This document shows, piece after piece, positions 59,809 to 64,000 of a stretch of 64,000 bases of DNA (positions are counted from its first letter, which is position 1; every line of letters starts with the position of its first letter). The DNA is from an uncultured Candidatus Saccharibacteria bacterium (lineage in GTDB: Bacteria > Patescibacteriota > Saccharimonadia > Saccharimonadales > CAYLGV01): the NCBI GenBank assembly GCA_964394925.1, contig CAYMZG010000001.1, positions 3,656 through 67,655 of the forward strand, written 5' to 3'. The position numbers and the translations under genes are program-made. The notes beneath the pieces are model-generated. The model had not been told where the DNA came from. It did not search any database and worked only from the letters and a program-made list of their open reading frames with translations.

Positions 59809-60711
59809 CTAGTTGACTTGTCGCAAACGATCTTGCAGTTCGGTGATAGGTAACGCGTTCTTCGGTGTATTAACAACTGGACGATAGCCGTACGCGCTAA
59901 ATACGTCGGAGCGATCGGCATCGGTGTACTTGACCGACGTCATCTGGCCCGAAATCACATCAACATCGACCGTAAAGGCGATTGGCGCACTATCTTTGTA
60001 CTGTTCAGGGTTGACATTTTCAAGCTGGCGCAAGCCCATGTTGCGTGCGAATACACGAAGCATAGAAACGTATGGTACCGGCTTTACACTCCCCTGGTAG
60101 GTGTAGACAAGACGGTTGTTCTTCCAGGTCTTTACAACTCTGTTGGTATCGACTCCAAAAACATTGTTCTTTTGAATATATTCTGCAATTTGCTTGCGCT
60201 GGTTGGGCCTGACGCTACCAACAGGTACAATGCCCAAAACTGTTTGACTAAATAGTTGTGGCCCGCCGCTTTCGGCATCCTCTTGAGTTGTTTTACCCCA
60301 TATGCCAAGCACTTTATCGAAGTTATAGTCCTTGCCACTGCTCGACTTCTGGGTAGTACTGATTGTGAGGTAGCGTGTGTATTCTTCGGTTGGGAAAGCG
60401 AGTGTTTCGGTAACTACCTTGGTCGCATCACTACCTTCTCCTTGTGTGAGCGTTGACTGTGATGCCACATACTGCTTTGGTGTAGTTACGAGAATACTCG
60501 TTTGTTCGAGCGACTGCCCCTGTGAATCCTGATTCGAGATCTTAGTTACACTCGGCGTTGCTAGGTTATTCGCAACCATGCGGTTAAAGACCTTGCTTGG
60601 GTTAGTGTAGCTATACTGCCACCAGGCATATACGCCTGCTCCCGCCAGTATGACAAGTGCTGCCACGATAAGGTTTGTAGGAGTAATGCGGGATTTCGAT
60701 TGTGTAGCCAT
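59809..60711 (-). CDS. hypothetical N-terminally anchored exported protein
   Basis: 300-aa ORF with TM LIVAALVILAGAGVYAWW. No family recognised. Confidence 0.5.
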   Translation of the reverse strand: MATQSKSRITPTNLIVAALVILAGAGVYAWWQYSYTNPSKVFNRMVANNLATPSVTKISNQDSQGQSLEQTSILVTTPKQYVASQSTLTQGEGSDATKVVTETLAFPTEEYTRYLTISTTQKSSSGKDYNFDKVLGIWGKTTQEDAESGGPQLFSQTVLGIVPVGSVRPNQRKQIAEYIQKNNVFGVDTNRVVKTWKNNRLVYTYQGSVKPVPYVSMLRVFARNMGLRQLENVNPEQYKDSAPIAFTVDVDVISGQMTSVKYTDADRSDVFSAYGYRPVVNTPKNALPITELQDRLRQVN

Positions 60712-60890
60712 TCATCTATTGTAACAGACATCTGTTTGACCGAAGGCTATAAGTGTTGTGTTCTCTACGTTCCCTATTATTAAGGGTTTTTGCCCTTCCT
60801 ACTTCGACAAAAGAACAAAAGGTGTACCAACAAAAAAGAAGGATTACAGGGGTGTTTGTACAATCTTCTGCCCTGGTACGATTTTCCAAC

Positions 60891-60918
60891 TTGAACTTGA
60901 ACAAATCGCTGGTATTAT
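60891..60918 (+). promoter_or_regulatory. candidate tRNA-Ala promoter (TTGAAC - 16 nt - TATTAT)
   Basis: Tandem TTGAAC TTGAAC at 60891-60902. TATTAT at 60913-60918, 14 nt before the mature tRNA 5' end. Confidence 0.4.
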
Positions 60919-60932
60919 TAGTGATGCGTTAG

Positions 60933-61009
60933 GGGGCTATGGCGCAGTTGGCTAGCGCGCCTCGATGGCATCGAGGAGGTCGTCGGTTCGAACCCGACTA
61001 GCTCCACCA
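60933..61009 (+). tRNA. tRNA-Ala (anticodon GGC), CCA encoded
   Basis: Manual cloverleaf: acceptor GGGGCTA/TAGCTCC with G3:U70; D arm GCGC-AGTTGGCTA-GCGC; anticodon arm CCTCG-ATGGCAT-CGAGG; variable AGGTC; T arm GTCGG-TTCGAAC-CCGAC; discriminator A; CCA. Confidence 0.9.
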
Positions 61010-61060
61010 CTAAAAAAGACCAATCCGTGGATCGGTCTTTTTTATATCGTGCGCGCCCAC
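61002..61060 (+). repeat. direct repeat copy 1 (59 bp): last 5 nt of the acceptor stem + ACCA + terminator + TATATCGTGCGCGCCCAC
   Basis: 53 of 59 positions are identical to 61604..61662. All 6 differences fall in the hairpin loop (5) or stem (1). Confidence 0.85.
61012..61043. terminator. rho-independent terminator after tRNA-Ala (symmetric A/T runs)
   Basis: AAAAAA-GACCAATC-cgtg-GATCGGTC-TTTTTT (one A/C mismatch). Confidence 0.75.
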
Positions 61061-61080
61061 TATTTAGATGTAGGTCGGGG

Positions 61081-61497
61081 TTATTCATTTGGAACTGACC
61101 TCAACTGCACCGGGTGGAAAAATCGCCAGGTTTGAAGCTCATCAGCCGGAATTAGTATGTGCTCCGAAACAGTTCCGCCGCCAAGTAGTACGTTATCTAG
61201 TAAATTTTCGCAAACCTCTGTTGAATCTTCCGCTGCTTCTTCAAATGATTCTCCCTTAGCCGTGTATGAAAGGGCAACACCTTCATGCGATATATTAATT
61301 GCACATGGCCTGCCAAGCTCTTCGCGTACACGATCAAGCAGTCTCGGGTGTCGCACAACTCCAGGATGAAGATCGATGGTCAACCGGGCAAGCCATGGAA
61401 CCGTCTCGTGTGATGGTAGTGATTCGCCTGGTGTACGCTCAGTCATGCAATACCCCTGTTCAATGAACTGTGCTGTATAAGATAGTACTGTTTCCAT
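61081..61497 (-). CDS. hypothetical protein inside the repeat-bracketed insert
   Basis: 138-aa ORF (METVLSYTAQFIEQGYCMTERTPGE...). No family recognised. Confidence 0.4.
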   Translation of the reverse strand: METVLSYTAQFIEQGYCMTERTPGESLPSHETVPWLARLTIDLHPGVVRHPRLLDRVREELGRPCAINISHEGVALSYTAKGESFEEAAEDSTEVCENLLDNVLLGGGTVSEHILIPADELQTWRFFHPVQLRSVPNE

Positions 61498-61603
61498 TAG
61501 AGCAAATTAGCGTTTGTAGGTCAAACCCAAGACTGTCATGATTGACTGCAATATGATGTTAGCGATTGCAACAAACGGTGTTGATGGGAAAGCCTGCATG
61601 TGC

Positions 61604-61662
61604 CTCCACCACTAAAAAAGACCGATCAACCAATCGGTCTTTTTTATATCGTGCGCGCCCAC
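61604..61662 (+). repeat. direct repeat copy 2 (59 bp), includes a perfect terminator hairpin
   Basis: CTCCACCACT-AAAAAA-GACCGAT-caacca-ATCGGTC-TTTTTT-ATATCGTGCGCGCCCAC. No tRNA body lies upstream of it. Could terminate ligA on the minus strand. Confidence 0.85.
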
Positions 61663-61794
61663 CCTGCGGCGGTGCCCATCATTGTTTGTATTTCACGTGT
61701 TTGTTAGATGCCGATACACGCCGCGTATTGTTGCGCACGAGTTACTTTATAAGCATAACCATGCTGGCCAAAATGTCAATCTCGCGCCAAAAGC

Positions 61795-64000
<2,206 letters not shown>

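Overview
Both strands were read by hand, using the supplied ORF track. The window is a gene-dense stretch of bacterial chromosome with the standard genetic code. Most genes are on the minus strand, and many adjacent genes share 4-nt start/stop overlaps. Housekeeping genes are leuS, ligA, rnc, nusB, rpmF, rpsP, a KH-domain protein, trmD, murF, ddl, ilvE and one tRNA-Ala(GGC). The many small membrane or hypothetical ORFs and the missing usual operon partners (rimM, rplS) suggest a small-genome Gram-positive-type organism, perhaps a Patescibacteria/Saccharibacteria-like lineage; this lineage call is inference only. The accessory content is mainly an oxygen, light and envelope toolkit. It includes a cyoABCD quinol oxidase, in which CyoD carries an extra extracytoplasmic domain. 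It also includes a distant cyoE, an NDH-2, an FAD-linked dehydrogenase, Ni-superoxide dismutase with its maturation protease, and a class II photolyase. Other accessory genes are a sortase with an adjacent APKTG-type substrate, two two-component systems, a MacB-type ABC pair, a ClC channel, and a cluster of paralogous DUF6325-like genes with small membrane proteins. The best candidates for something undescribed are these:
- An overlapping operon encodes a PAP2 / Hanks-like kinase / flippase-like triple fusion, a CPBP protease and an LssY-C protein.
- CyoD is fused to a cupredoxin-like domain.
- A 59-bp direct repeat starting in the tRNA-Ala 3' end brackets a 0.54-kb insert.
- The rpsP-trmD operon contains a structured 270-bp spacer with an antisense-oriented orphan terminator.

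No CRISPR array, rRNA, transposase or integrase was seen.
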